The notes beneath the pieces were generated by a model. It saw only the letters and a list, made by a program, of their open reading frames with translations, made no database searches and had not been told where the DNA came from. A stretch of 64,000 nt of DNA from a candidate division WOR-3 bacterium (lineage in GTDB: Bacteria > Hydrothermota > 32-111). Of the stretch, positions 1-10,036 are shown piece after piece (within the stretch, counting starts at the first letter, position 1; each line of letters opens with the position of its first letter). Both the position numbers and the translations under genes were made by a program. The DNA is taken from assembly GCA_037481815.1 (NCBI GenBank), contig JBBFKX010000002.1, positions 160,001 to 224,000 of the forward strand, written 5' to 3'.

Positions 1-321
1 GCCCTGAACATCCTCTTCATCCTGATAGGGATGAAGTTTTGTAAATTTTGGATTTGAAGAGATCTCTTCATTTACAACAGGATTGTATTTCATCGTACAT
101 GATCCTAAAGGATAAAAACCTTTCTGAAGATGATGGTTTTTATTCGATAATAAAACAAAATGTCTCAACACATCGATTTCTGATACTGTTGGGAGATTCG
201 GTTCATCTTTTCTGAGATTTTCTTTGATACAATTTGAAACCTCAAGGGGAAAATTATTTTCAGGTAAAGATACAATATTTGAATTTTCATCTGACAACTT
301 GAATATCAATCTATCATACAT
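1..321 (-). CDS. gcvPB: Glycine dehydrogenase (decarboxylating) subunit 2, 5' part (runs off the window edge)
   Basis: Not in the ORF track. My translation from ATG at 321 gives MYDRLIFKLS...LPTVSEIDVLRHF...GFYPLGSCTMKYNP...LHPYQ, containing the PLGSCTMKYNP motif of GcvP subunit 2. AAGGAG SD at 328-333. Confidence 0.92.
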   Translation of the reverse strand, partial: MYDRLIFKLSDENSNIVSLPENNFPLEVSNCIKENLRKDEPNLPTVSEIDVLRHFVLLSNKNHHLQKGFYPLGSCTMKYNPVVNEEISSNPKFTKLHPYQDEEDVQG

Positions 322-351
322 AATCTGCTCCTTAAAATTTTTTAAAGAATT

Positions 352-380
352 ATTTTATATTATTAAGATAATAATGTCAA
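352..380 (-). promoter_or_regulatory. Putative sigma70-type promoter of gcvPB
   Basis: TTGACA-N17-TAAAAT on the minus strand. Confidence 0.55.
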
Positions 381-413
381 CATTTTAATTTTAAGAAAAA
401 GTAAAGTTTTTTA

Positions 414-441
414 TTGAAAAAGAAGTTTATTTTGTTATAAT
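414..441 (+). promoter_or_regulatory. Putative sigma70-type promoter of the 471 gene
   Basis: TTGAAA-N16-TATAAT with TGn extended -10; GGAGG SD before ATG 471. Confidence 0.55.
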
Positions 442-470
442 TTATAAGGGGAAAATCTGGGAGGAAAAAT

Positions 471-1241
471 ATGAAAAAAATCTTATTCATAATCTTAGTA
501 ATTCTAATAGTTCAAATTTTATTCTCATATGATTACTATCTACAAAACGATGATGGGACATTCAACTATTACTGGTATGGGAATGTCAGAAGAGCATCAA
601 AGTATTATGTTTCGGATACGTGCACTTTAAAAATGGTCTATTGGGGAAGGTATACGAAAAGACCCGAAATCGATACGATTTTAATCTTTAATGACAATTC
701 AGGTTTTCCTGGAAATGTGATTTACAGTGACACACATTCAGTCAACACGAACAGCACACCTATGATAGTTTCAGATACAGTTTCAACTCAAGTTCTGGTA
801 TATGGTACATTCTATGTGGGAATGTATGCGAGATGTCAGGATCAGCCAGCAAACGCTTTATGTTACTTTTTGTCAGATTCCACTCCTTCCTTTAAAACAT
901 TCTGGGATAGCACTGGTACATGGGTTGTCCAAACAAGAGGAGATTATATAATTCATTCAAAAGTTTCAGGTCCTTATGGTATAAGTTTGAGGTTGTATGA
1001 AGAAAATTTTCTCGGAGAAAGAAGATCCAGCAGTAATTTCAGTTTTCTTATGAACGAAAATTTGGTTGTATTGAACAACATCAAAAGTTTTACAATAATA
1101 GATAAAAATGGAAGAAAAATACTCGATGGTGTTTCAAAAAATGTTATACTCGATTTAACAAGATTTAAAACTGGTATTTACTTTCTCATAGTAAAAGATC
1201 TGAACAATCAAACATACAAAAAGAAGTTCGTAAAATTCTAA
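471..1241 (+). CDS. Secreted protein with T9SS type A-like C-terminal sorting domain
   Basis: N-terminal signal peptide (MKKILFIILVILIV). C-terminus IIDKNGRKI...TGIYFLIV...KKFVKF is typical of Por/T9SS CTDs. Confidence 0.75.
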   Translation: MKKILFIILVILIVQILFSYDYYLQNDDGTFNYYWYGNVRRASKYYVSDTCTLKMVYWGRYTKRPEIDTILIFNDNSGFPGNVIYSDTHSVNTNSTPMIVSDTVSTQVLVYGTFYVGMYARCQDQPANALCYFLSDSTPSFKTFWDSTGTWVVQTRGDYIIHSKVSGPYGISLRLYEENFLGERRSSSNFSFLMNENLVVLNNIKSFTIIDKNGRKILDGVSKNVILDLTRFKTGIYFLIVKDLNNQTYKKKFVKF

Positions 1242-1281
1242 ATAAAATTCTTCCAGAAAAAATCAAGAATTTAAAATCAAG

Positions 1282-1310
1282 GAAAACGCCATCTTTAAGA
1301 GGGCGTTTTC
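1282..1310. terminator. Probable bidirectional intrinsic terminator between convergent genes
   Basis: Inverted repeat GAAAACGCC...GGCGTTTTC between the stops at 1241 (+) and 1335 (-), with short T runs on both strands. Confidence 0.65.
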
Positions 1311-1334
1311 GGGAGGGGGTTGAGGAAGATAGAA

Positions 1335-3251
1335 TTAGGGGATTATCGTTATCTTTTTTGTACTCTTTTCAAAACCTGTTTGAAGAATCACAAGATATAT
1401 TCCAGGAGAAACTTTGTTTCCATTTGGACCTATATTTCCGTTTAAAATAGCATCGCTCAGATTTGGTACTCCGTTCCATTCAAAACCTTTATTGTAAACT
1501 CCCGGAAGTACATTTTCTTTCTCTGCATAATAAACGAGTTTACCATCAAGTGTGTAAATGTACAACATAAGATTTGATATCTTTCGTTTGATTTCAAAAG
1601 GAATTTTTAGAGTTCCCGTTTTTAAAGAGTATGGATTCGGATAAGGGGGAAGCAATCTACTTGAATTTATCTCGTAAACATCCTCAGTATCTGCATACAT
1701 AACCGCTTTATAAAAATCTGGGACTCCATAACCAACGATCTGGTTTGGATACTCTGAAAAATATGTTGTATCAGGGATCAAAGATGCAAACGGCTTTTTT
1801 GCTGTTTTTGTCAGGGCCTCTTTTACTTTTGCAGGCGTCCAATCTGGATGTGCCTGCAAAACAAGGGCACAACCAGCACTCACGAGTGCTGTCGATCCGC
1901 TCGTTCCAAGTATGTAGTTAAATGAGTTCGAACTGTCAGATACAGTGTAAGGCCATTCAGCCAAAGCAACAACCTCAGGTTTATACCTTTCGATCGTTGA
2001 ATCAAGGTAAACATCATAAGTTGGTCCAGTTACAGAATACTGTGAATACACCATCGAATCATCGACTCCACCAACAGTTAAAACAGAATACGCATCAGCA
2101 GGTGCAATGATGGAGGTATCCGCTCTATCGATACCGACATTCTGTAAATTTCCTATAGCGTTGACAACAAGTATTCCAAAAGAATCCGACGCTATGTTCG
2201 CTGCTTTTGAAATTTTTGTTGAATCACCTGTCATAACCGAATAGGGATACCAATCCTTGTATCCAACAGAACTTGAAATTATATCCGCTCCCAAAGAATC
2301 AGCCCATTCAACCGCTGCAATCCAGTTATCCTCTTCTGAAACGATTTCAGAATCAGCTATCTCAGTTTTCGCTATAAGATAGGAAGCACCAAACGCTGGG
2401 GAGATCAACTCTCCAGAATAATAAGATGCCATAAGACCAAGCATTTTGGTTCCATGGCTCAACTGATTGATTTCATCCGGAGAACCACCATAAACTATTC
2501 CAGCAAAATCTTTGTTTTCGATAAAATCGTATGAGCCAAGAATTTTTACATCCTTTAAAGCTCTATGTATGGGTTTACATGTGTAGGTAAAAGTTGTCTC
2601 AAATGGTATTGAGGAAGAATCTATGACCATGGATGAATCTTTCAACATTAAAACACCAGTATCAAAAAGAGCGATTACAACATCCTTTCCAGTGTATCCT
2701 TTGTTATGAAGTGTGTTAACATTCAACATCTTTATCTGGTTATAAGAATAATCACCATAATAGTAAACATCATCGGTTTTCGTATTTTTGAAATTTTTAC
2801 TTTTCACAGCATCTTTTACAAGAAAATCTTTTTTCTTCTTTATCGAAGAAACCGGTGATATCGATTTTACAAACGAAAGTTGTGACAATCTTTCTATATC
2901 TTCTTTTTCCACATAGATTGAAACAGCGTTGAGCCATTTTGAAATTCTTTCGATTCTATAACCTTTACTTTCAAGAATCGAAATATACTTTTTGTTAACT
3001 GGAAGATCAAGGTATCTGTACTCGGGTAGATTTTTGTTTCTTCTTCTCTGTTTTGATTTTTCAGTTATATAAGAAGTGTTAATTTTAAAATAATTTAACA
3101 TGTTCTCTTTTGTGTTTTCCCCTTTATCTTTGAAGAAAACCCATACTTTAACTTTGTCTAACACTTTTGTTTCGCCTGAGAAAATGTTGATCGAAAATGA
3201 CAAAGAAACAAAAAGGATTAAAGTCAAAATGTATAAAGAATTTCTTTTCAT
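1335..3251 (-). CDS. Secreted S8 (subtilisin-like) serine peptidase with T9SS/FlgD-like C-terminal domain
   Basis: Catalytic motifs FDTG, HGTK and GTSGST; signal peptide; CTD PYPNPY...YIYTLDGKLV...PGIYLVIL...KKITII. Start moved to ATG 3251 (MKRNSL), which has an AAAGGAG SD. Confidence 0.9.
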   Translation of the reverse strand: MKRNSLYILTLILFVSLSFSINIFSGETKVLDKVKVWVFFKDKGENTKENMLNYFKINTSYITEKSKQRRRNKNLPEYRYLDLPVNKKYISILESKGYRIERISKWLNAVSIYVEKEDIERLSQLSFVKSISPVSSIKKKKDFLVKDAVKSKNFKNTKTDDVYYYGDYSYNQIKMLNVNTLHNKGYTGKDVVIALFDTGVLMLKDSSMVIDSSSIPFETTFTYTCKPIHRALKDVKILGSYDFIENKDFAGIVYGGSPDEINQLSHGTKMLGLMASYYSGELISPAFGASYLIAKTEIADSEIVSEEDNWIAAVEWADSLGADIISSSVGYKDWYPYSVMTGDSTKISKAANIASDSFGILVVNAIGNLQNVGIDRADTSIIAPADAYSVLTVGGVDDSMVYSQYSVTGPTYDVYLDSTIERYKPEVVALAEWPYTVSDSSNSFNYILGTSGSTALVSAGCALVLQAHPDWTPAKVKEALTKTAKKPFASLIPDTTYFSEYPNQIVGYGVPDFYKAVMYADTEDVYEINSSRLLPPYPNPYSLKTGTLKIPFEIKRKISNLMLYIYTLDGKLVYYAEKENVLPGVYNKGFEWNGVPNLSDAILNGNIGPNGNKVSPGIYLVILQTGFEKSTKKITIIP

Positions 3252-3270
3252 AAAATTTTCTCCTTTAAAA

Positions 3271-3298
3271 ATCATAACAGAAGAATATAAAATTTCAA
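3271..3298 (-). promoter_or_regulatory. Putative promoter of the S8 peptidase
   Basis: TTGAAA-N16-TATGAT with TGn extension, in the gap after the rseP stop. Confidence 0.5.
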
Positions 3299-3306
3299 GG
3301 TTCTTT

Positions 3307-4578
3307 TTACCCTTTGAAAACTCTTAAAAGATCGTTGAATGTAACAAGTATAATCAAACTGAAAAGAATAAATATTCCAACATACTGGTATATCTGCATA
3401 AACTTTTTACTTGCTTTAATCTTTGTTATAAGTTCAAAAATATAGATCAAGATATATGAACCATCAAGTGGAGGAAAGGGGATCAGATTGAATATGAAAA
3501 GGTTAATAGAAAAGAAAGCGAGAAAAGATAAAAAAGTTTCAAAACCTATTTTTAATGTTTGATCCGTCATCGTGTATATCGAAACAGGTCCCCCCAGATT
3601 TTTTAACGCCATTTTTCCCATAAACATTTGTTGTAAAAATTTCAATATCGATAAAGAAATAATTTTTACACGTTCAAATGATAGTTTTAAAGAGTTAATA
3701 AAGTCAACCTTTTTCGTTTCATATGAAAAACCGATTCCCAGAAAACCATATTCTTTGTATTCCCCTAAAACACTATCTTTTTTAATCTCAGGTTTTATTT
3801 TCAAAAGGAGAGTATCGTTTCCTCTTAACACCAGAAAATCCATCTCCTCTTTAAAATGGTATCTCATAATGTTGGAGATGTCCTGCCAGGCAAAGATGTT
3901 GAAAGTATCAATTTTAATGATTTTATCACCTTTTCTTATACCATACTTTGCAGCAGATGAACTTTCGTTGACTATTCCAACAACTGGAGGAAACTGGGGT
4001 GTTATAAAAAGTGAATCTGGTTTATCGAGTTTAAACTTTACTTCCACTTTTTCATCATTTCTTAAAATTTTGAAAACATTTTCTTTGTCGGGAATCAGAT
4101 TTATAAAAACATCGTTAAAATTTTTTATATCATTTCCATTAACATTTAGAATAAGATCATTTTTACTAAAATAATCTTTATATGGACCGGATATATCATA
4201 TAGAGGAGTATTTTCAATATTCGTTACTCCATAAAAATAAACTGTAAAAAAAATGATTAAAAAAGCAAAGATGAAATTAAAAAATGGTCCAAAAAATATC
4301 ACGAGAATCCTTTTTAGTGGACTTTTCTTCATAAAATCATCTTCATCCCTTTCCTTACTCTCAAAATCTTCCATACCTTTCAATCTCACATATCCACCAA
4401 AAGGGAGAATTGAAAAAACATATTCTGTTTCATCTTTTTTGAATCCAAAAAGTTTTTTACCCAAACCAACTGAAAATGTTAAAACTCCAATTCTGAAAAT
4501 TTTTGCAACTATGAAATGACCGAACTCATGAACTATTACCATTATACCTAATGTTAAAACCATTATCAAAAAACTCAT
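3307..4578 (-). CDS. rseP: RIP metalloprotease RseP (site-2 protease with PDZ domains)
   Basis: HEFGH zinc motif, PFGGYV, NLIPFPPLDG; located after dxr. Confidence 0.95.
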   Translation of the reverse strand: MSFLIMVLTLGIMVIVHEFGHFIVAKIFRIGVLTFSVGLGKKLFGFKKDETEYVFSILPFGGYVRLKGMEDFESKERDEDDFMKKSPLKRILVIFFGPFFNFIFAFLIIFFTVYFYGVTNIENTPLYDISGPYKDYFSKNDLILNVNGNDIKNFNDVFINLIPDKENVFKILRNDEKVEVKFKLDKPDSLFITPQFPPVVGIVNESSSAAKYGIRKGDKIIKIDTFNIFAWQDISNIMRYHFKEEMDFLVLRGNDTLLLKIKPEIKKDSVLGEYKEYGFLGIGFSYETKKVDFINSLKLSFERVKIISLSILKFLQQMFMGKMALKNLGGPVSIYTMTDQTLKIGFETFLSFLAFFSINLFIFNLIPFPPLDGSYILIYIFELITKIKASKKFMQIYQYVGIFILFSLIILVTFNDLLRVFKG

Positions 4579-5705
4579 AATCTTTCTCCAAATATTTCTG
4601 TTAATCTTTTTGCTTCTGTTTCACTTCTCTGGATATTTTCAATCGTTACCTTTTTTACAAAATCTATACTTTCCATAACTTTTTCGATAAGATCAACTAT
4701 TTGACTGAACTTTATCTTGCCTTTTGTAAAAAGTTCTACAGCTTTCTCATTTGAAGCGTTGAACACTGCAGGCATATTGCCACCTTTTTCAATAGCCATA
4801 TAAGCGAGTTTTAAAGATTTATACTTTTCAGGTGGTGCTGGATGGAAGGAAAAATCGATTTTCATTTTTTCATCCAATAAATCTATGGATGGTGTTTCTG
4901 CTCTATCTGGATGTAAAAGAGCATATTCTATTGGCAAAACCATATCGGGTTGTGCCATATGACAAATGTATGTACCATCTTTTAAAAGAACAATAGCATG
5001 TACCAGAGAGTTTGGATGAATCATTACTCCAACCATTTCGGAACTGAGGTCAAACAATCTGCACGCTTCGATTATCTCAAGACCTTTGTTCACCATCGTT
5101 GATGAATCAACTGTAACTTTAACTCCCATATTCCAGACAGGATGCTTTAAGACCTCTTCTATCGTTAAATCATTTTTTTTCATTTTGAAAGGAACACCAC
5201 CTGATGCAGTTATATAACATTTTTTGATTTTTTTTCGATCGATGAACGATAGAAGTTGCCATAAAGCAGAATGCTCTGAATCTATTGGTTTTATAATTGA
5301 CCTTCTGTGCTTTTTCAATTCTTTTTTAATTATATCACCATATGAAACTATGGTTTCCTTATTTGCGAGTGCTATGATCTTTTCCCTTTTGATTCCAAAA
5401 TAGGTTGGGAAAAAACCTATTGATCCTACAAGAGCATTTAAAACAATATCATAGTCAAGATTTTTGACAAAGTACGAGTTAACATCCTCTTCTATAGTCC
5501 TTTTTCTTTTTCCTTCATAGATCAGAGATTCGTTATAAAGCCCAATATTTTTTACTGAAAACTCTTCAGATATTTTTATAAGTTGTTCTTTATTTTTGTT
5601 AGCGGTTATTCCAACAATTTTGAATTTTTCAGGATATTTTCTTACAACTTTCAAAGCACTTTTTCCAATCGAACCGGTTGCTCCAAGAATCAGAATCTTT
5701 TTCAC
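4575..5705 (-). CDS. dxr: 1-deoxy-D-xylulose-5-phosphate reductoisomerase
   Basis: LGATGSIG, LANKE, PIDSEH, HPVWNMG, NKGLE motifs. Confidence 0.97.
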   Translation of the reverse strand: MKKILILGATGSIGKSALKVVRKYPEKFKIVGITANKNKEQLIKISEEFSVKNIGLYNESLIYEGKRKRTIEEDVNSYFVKNLDYDIVLNALVGSIGFFPTYFGIKREKIIALANKETIVSYGDIIKKELKKHRRSIIKPIDSEHSALWQLLSFIDRKKIKKCYITASGGVPFKMKKNDLTIEEVLKHPVWNMGVKVTVDSSTMVNKGLEIIEACRLFDLSSEMVGVMIHPNSLVHAIVLLKDGTYICHMAQPDMVLPIEYALLHPDRAETPSIDLLDEKMKIDFSFHPAPPEKYKSLKLAYMAIEKGGNMPAVFNASNEKAVELFTKGKIKFSQIVDLIEKVMESIDFVKKVTIENIQRSETEAKRLTEIFGERL

Positions 5706-6541
5706 AATAGCCTGCTTTTTATGACGAATATAAAATAATAATAAAACAATGGTAAAGCGAAAAGTATGGAATCAAATCTATCGAGCACTCCACCATGTCC
5801 TGGTAAAAATGATGATACATCTTTCAATTTTGCGTCCCTTTTCATCGCTGATTCAACAAGATCTCCTGCAAGTCCACCAAGCGAAGATATCAAGGAAAAA
5901 ACGATTACATCAACCATGTTGAGTTCTTTAAAAAAAATTAAGGAAAATATAAAACCTGATATCAGTGAAAAAATAAATCCACCCAGAAGACCTTCATAAG
6001 ATTTTGATGGACTGATTTTCGGTATTATCTTATGTTTTCCAAATTTACTTCCAACAAAAAAAGCACCTGTATCAGCCATCCATATCATTAGAAAAGATAA
6101 GTAAATTAGTTTCGGAGAGTTTAATATATTATAACTTTCACTTCCAAGAAGTATCATATGACCACCAAGCCAGCCCGTGTACAACACTCCAAATGTTGTT
6201 ACTGACATATAAACTATAGATTTTGCAGGATCGTTTCTTTTGAGTTCAAATATAGAAATAAACATCAAAAGAAGAGTTATCAAAAAATATGTGAAGAGTG
6301 CTGACGAATAGTTCATTATAAAACCAAGAAGTACTGACGCAAATATTCCGGTTCTCAAATAAGGATTCAAGCCCTTTTCTCTTAAAAGGTAGAAAAATTC
6401 GTAAGCCATTATAGCGATTATGCCAAGCATTAAAAAAAGGTATGGGTACGATCCATAATTGAAAATTACAAGAAAAAATGGAATGAAAAGAAAAGAGGTT
6501 AAAAACCTATAAGAAAGGTTTTCCTGATTAAACTTTGCCAA
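5702..6541 (-). CDS. cdsA: Phosphatidate cytidylyltransferase
   Basis: Hydrophobic protein with ISPSKSYEG, GDLVESAMKR and PGHGGVLDRFDS. Start placed at TTG 6541 overlapping the uppS end; the ORF-track extension to 6715 is probably spurious. Confidence 0.93.
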   Translation of the reverse strand: MAKFNQENLSYRFLTSFLFIPFFLVIFNYGSYPYLFLMLGIIAIMAYEFFYLLREKGLNPYLRTGIFASVLLGFIMNYSSALFTYFLITLLLMFISIFELKRNDPAKSIVYMSVTTFGVLYTGWLGGHMILLGSESYNILNSPKLIYLSFLMIWMADTGAFFVGSKFGKHKIIPKISPSKSYEGLLGGFIFSLISGFIFSLIFFKELNMVDVIVFSLISSLGGLAGDLVESAMKRDAKLKDVSSFLPGHGGVLDRFDSILFALPLFYYYFIFVIKSRLL

Positions 6542-7247
6542 ACCTTCTCTCCCTCTTTGAATAATCCAACAACGCCTTGTCAAACTCTTTCTCATCAAAA
6601 TCTGGCCAGAGAACATTGGTAAAATAAAATTCTGAATACGCTGTTTGCCAGAGAAGAAAATTTGAAATTCTATATTCACCACTTGTTCTAATGACAAGAT
6701 CCGGGTCTGGAACATCCGGGAGATACAAATGTTTTGAAAATTCTTCGTTATCCAAATTTTCGAGTTGGTTCAATTTGAGTTTTCTACATATCTCTTTACA
6801 CGCATCAACGATTTCCTGTCTTCCACCATAATCGAAAGCAAGAATAAGAGTTAAACCTGTATTGTTTTTCGTAACCTCTTGAGCATTTTCCATCCTTTCG
6901 AGTAACTCTTTTGACAACCTGTTTCTCCTTCCAATAAAAAGCATTTTAACATTGTTTTTGTAGAGTTCCGGGATTTCCTGCTCAAGAAGTTTTGAAAAGA
7001 GTTTCATCAAACCATCAACTTCACTTTTAGGTCTATCCCAATTCTCAGTTGAAAATGAGAAAAGAGTTAAATATTTTACTCCAACTTTCGCTGAGTGTTT
7101 AACAATCCTTCGGACAGATTCAACTCCCTTCTTATGCCCATACAATCTATTCTTCCCTCTCAATTTTGCCCATCTTCCGTTACCATCCATAATGATGGCA
7201 ACATGTTCGGGAATAGATTTTTCTTTTTCAACTTCCAAGGATTTCAT
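6528..7247 (-). CDS. uppS: Undecaprenyl diphosphate synthase (cis-prenyltransferase)
   Basis: HVAIIMDGNGRWA, FSTENW, RTSGEYRISNFLLWQ, RRFG. Confidence 0.97.
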   Translation of the reverse strand: MKSLEVEKEKSIPEHVAIIMDGNGRWAKLRGKNRLYGHKKGVESVRRIVKHSAKVGVKYLTLFSFSTENWDRPKSEVDGLMKLFSKLLEQEIPELYKNNVKMLFIGRRNRLSKELLERMENAQEVTKNNTGLTLILAFDYGGRQEIVDACKEICRKLKLNQLENLDNEEFSKHLYLPDVPDPDLVIRTSGEYRISNFLLWQTAYSEFYFTNVLWPDFDEKEFDKALLDYSKRERRFGKV

Positions 7248-7785
7248 TTTCCTTCTTTGTGACTATATCATCGATTTCACCAATATATTTTTCTGTCAAT
7301 TTCTGGATCTCTTTTTCCAGCCTTTCCTCATCATCTTCTGAAATCGTTCCATCTTTTTTCATATTTTTAAGTTTTTCAATGTTATCCCTTCTTATCTGTC
7401 TTATGACTATTCTCGATTCCTCAGCGAGTTTTTTAATAGTTTTAACTATTTCCTTTCTTCTTTCTTCTGTAAGAGGTGGAACAGAAATTCTTATAACATT
7501 TCCATCATTCGTTGGGGTAAGACCAATATTCGCTTTCAGTATCTCTTTTTCAATAACAGAAAGTATACTTTTATCCCACGGTTGAACAACGATCAATTTT
7601 GGGTCAGGAGTTGATATCGTTGAGACCTGATTTAAAGGTGATTTCACACCATAATAATCTATATGTATTCCATCAAGTAATGCAGGAGTGGCTTTTCCCG
7701 TTCTGATCTTTGAAAGTTCGCTTTTAAAATTATCAACACTTTTTTTCATAGAAACTTCAGAATCATGTAAAAGTTTTTCAGGCAT
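7228..7785 (-). CDS. frr: Ribosome recycling factor
   Basis: IRTGKA, IVVQPWD, PPLTEERRKE; start at ATG 7785 after an AAAGGGGG SD. Confidence 0.97.
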   Translation of the reverse strand: MPEKLLHDSEVSMKKSVDNFKSELSKIRTGKATPALLDGIHIDYYGVKSPLNQVSTISTPDPKLIVVQPWDKSILSVIEKEILKANIGLTPTNDGNVIRISVPPLTEERRKEIVKTIKKLAEESRIVIRQIRRDNIEKLKNMKKDGTISEDDEERLEKEIQKLTEKYIGEIDDIVTKKENEILGS

Positions 7786-7795
7786 ATTTCCCCCT

Positions 7796-8512
7796 TTAAC
7801 TAACAAGTGTTCCTATTTTTTCACCTTTTACGATCTTTATAAGGTTACCATATTTTAAAATGTTGAAAACTATAATCGGAAGTTTGTTCTCTTTACTCAG
7901 TGATATTGCTGTCATATCCATAACATTGAGTTCTTTGATGAGAACAGAAGAATAGTTAATATTTTTGAACATTTTTGCATTCTTATTTTTAACAGGATCA
8001 ATGTCAAAAACTCCGTCAACCTTTGTTCCCTTCAAAAGCACCTCACAACCGATTTCGGACGCTCTTAAAACAGCTGCGGTATCTGTTGTGAAAAAGGGGT
8101 TTCCAGTCCCACCTGTAAAAATAACTATCCTTTTTTTATCAAGATGTGATAAAGCTTTTCTTCTAATATAAGGTTCTGCGATCTGTTTTATCTCGATTGC
8201 CGTCATCATCCTCGTGTTTACACCTTTTTTTTCAATCATCGCCTGTAAAACCATTCCATTTATAACCGTTGAAAGCATCCCTGTATAATCTGCAGTAACC
8301 TTATCAAGGTGAAGTTGATTTACAAGTTTCGATCCTCTTATGATGTTCCCTCCACCAATAACTATTCCTATATCAACTCCCATCTTATAAACTTCAACTA
8401 TTTCATCTACAAGTGTTGACAGAGATTTTTCAGAAAAAACATAATCTTTGTCTCCAAGGATCTCGCCTGAGAGTTTCAACAGGATCCTTTTATATTTCGG
8501 TCTCGTTTTCAT
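7796..8512 (-). CDS. pyrH: UMP kinase
   Basis: LLKLSGE, GGGNIIRG, GTGNPFFTTDTAA, DP motif. Confidence 0.97.
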   Translation of the reverse strand: MKTRPKYKRILLKLSGEILGDKDYVFSEKSLSTLVDEIVEVYKMGVDIGIVIGGGNIIRGSKLVNQLHLDKVTADYTGMLSTVINGMVLQAMIEKKGVNTRMMTAIEIKQIAEPYIRRKALSHLDKKRIVIFTGGTGNPFFTTDTAAVLRASEIGCEVLLKGTKVDGVFDIDPVKNKNAKMFKNINYSSVLIKELNVMDMTAISLSKENKLPIIVFNILKYGNLIKIVKGEKIGTLVS

Positions 8513-9109
8513 CTATTCTCCGATTTTAAAAATCGAGAATCTACTGACGATTATATTTTCTCCAAATTTTGCTATATTCTCTTTTATATAGTCCTCAACA
8601 GTTTTCTTGTCCTCAGATCCAAAGAACTGTTGTCTGTAAAGACAATTTTCCTCAAAGAATTTCTGTAATTTGTTCTCGATGATCTTATCGATAACATTCT
8701 GAGGTTTCTTTTGATCTTTCAACTGTTCTTTATAAATCTCTTTCTCTTTTTCGATAACTTCCTGTGGAACATCGGTCTCCCTTATATACTGTGGCTCCAT
8801 AGCACCGATGTGTATCGCTATCTGATGAGCCATATCCATAAACTCCTGTGTTTTTGCAACAAAATCTGTCTCACAGTTAACCTCGACCAAAACTCCAAGT
8901 TTTTTGTTGTAATGTATGTAAGCATCAATAACTCCCTCTGTTGCTGTCCTTGAGGATTTTTTTGCAGCTTTTAGAATACCCTCTTTTCTTAAGTATTCAA
9001 TAGCTTTTTCAATATCTCCATCATTCTTTATCAATGCATTCTTACAGTCCATTATTCCAAGGCCTGTTCTTTCTTTTAATTCTTTTATCATATCCATTGT
9101 TATATTCAT
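8513..9109 (-). CDS. tsf: Translation elongation factor Ts (short ~200 aa form)
   Basis: [26 protein letters not shown]. Confidence 0.97.
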   Translation of the reverse strand: MNITMDMIKELKERTGLGIMDCKNALIKNDGDIEKAIEYLRKEGILKAAKKSSRTATEGVIDAYIHYNKKLGVLVEVNCETDFVAKTQEFMDMAHQIAIHIGAMEPQYIRETDVPQEVIEKEKEIYKEQLKDQKKPQNVIDKIIENKLQKFFEENCLYRQQFFGSEDKKTVEDYIKENIAKFGENIIVSRFSIFKIGE

Positions 9110-9125
9110 AAAATCTCCTTGAAAA

Positions 9126-9941
9126 TTATTCTATTCTTCTTCTTCTTTTGATCCTTTCAACCTTTTCACCTTCATCATCTATATCTTCAACAATACTTTC
9201 TTTCTTTCTTGTTTCACTCTGCATCGACTCTTCTCTCTTCTGGTTGTCAAGGAAATCTTTTCTCTCTATAAGACCTTTGTTAACAGCATCTGAAATAACT
9301 TTCGTCACTATCTCGATAGATTTTATGGCATCATCGTTTCCTGGAATTGGAATCGTTACCATATCGGGATCAGAGTTTGTGTCAACGAGTGCAACAACAG
9401 GGATGCCCATGAGGTTCGCTTCATTTATCGCTATCTTATGCTTTTTTGTATCGACAACGAACATCACATCAGGCAATCTTGTCATCTCTTTGATTCCGGA
9501 AAAAACCTTTGAAAGTTTCTCTATCTCCCTTTCCTTCATACTCTTTTCTTTTTTTGTGAGTTTGTCATAATCTCCATTTTTCAATTTCGCTTCACTCTCT
9601 TTTAATTTATCTATCGTTCTTTTAACTGTTGAGAAGTTTGTTAAAAGACCTCCTAGCCATCTTTCATTGATATAGAAAGAATTACAACTTTTCGCTTCCT
9701 GTTCGATTATATCTTTTGCCTGTTTTTTTGTTCCAACAAAAAGTACCTGACCACCGTTAGCCACTATTCCTTTAACAAACTCGTTTGCTTTTTTCAACTG
9801 TTCAAGTGTTTTTAGAAGATCGATAATATAGATACCGTTTCTTGATGAAAAAATAAACGGCTTCATCTTTGGGTTCCATCTTTCGGTTTTGTGTCCGAAA
9901 TGAACACCACACTTCAAAAGTTCTTCAATTGTGATCTGCAT
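9126..9941 (-). CDS. rpsB: 30S ribosomal protein S2
   Basis: [29 protein letters not shown] 9941 with AAGGAGG SD. Confidence 0.98.
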   Translation of the reverse strand: MQITIEELLKCGVHFGHKTERWNPKMKPFIFSSRNGIYIIDLLKTLEQLKKANEFVKGIVANGGQVLFVGTKKQAKDIIEQEAKSCNSFYINERWLGGLLTNFSTVKRTIDKLKESEAKLKNGDYDKLTKKEKSMKEREIEKLSKVFSGIKEMTRLPDVMFVVDTKKHKIAINEANLMGIPVVALVDTNSDPDMVTIPIPGNDDAIKSIEIVTKVISDAVNKGLIERKDFLDNQKREESMQSETRKKESIVEDIDDEGEKVERIKRRRRIE

Positions 9942-9955
9942 AGAAAATCCTCCTT

Positions 9956-10030
9956 CGGTTAAATCTTCCACTGATCCTATGGGAACAGATGAACTGCACC
10001 GCCCATAGGATTTGACCAGTGTGCTTTTTT
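9956..10030 (-). ncRNA. Putative ribosomal protein S2 autoregulatory leader (rpsB 5' UTR structure)
   Basis: Perfect 10-bp stem ATCCTATGGG/CCCATAGGAT (9974-9983 with 10002-10011) extended by CACTG/CAGTG. CGGUGC in the loop, 5' GCACAC and 3' GUGGAAGA...AACC before the SD resemble S2 leaders as I recall them. Confidence 0.7.
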
Positions 10031-10036
10031 GTTAAA

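Noticed and set aside
322..470. Glycine riboswitch upstream of gcvPB
   Set aside because: The region is very AT-rich with no aptamer-like stems, and the predicted leader is too short.
8513..9109. Short EF-Ts as a truncated pseudogene
   Set aside because: EF-Ts proteins of about 200 aa are a known natural form, and the motifs and C-terminus are intact.
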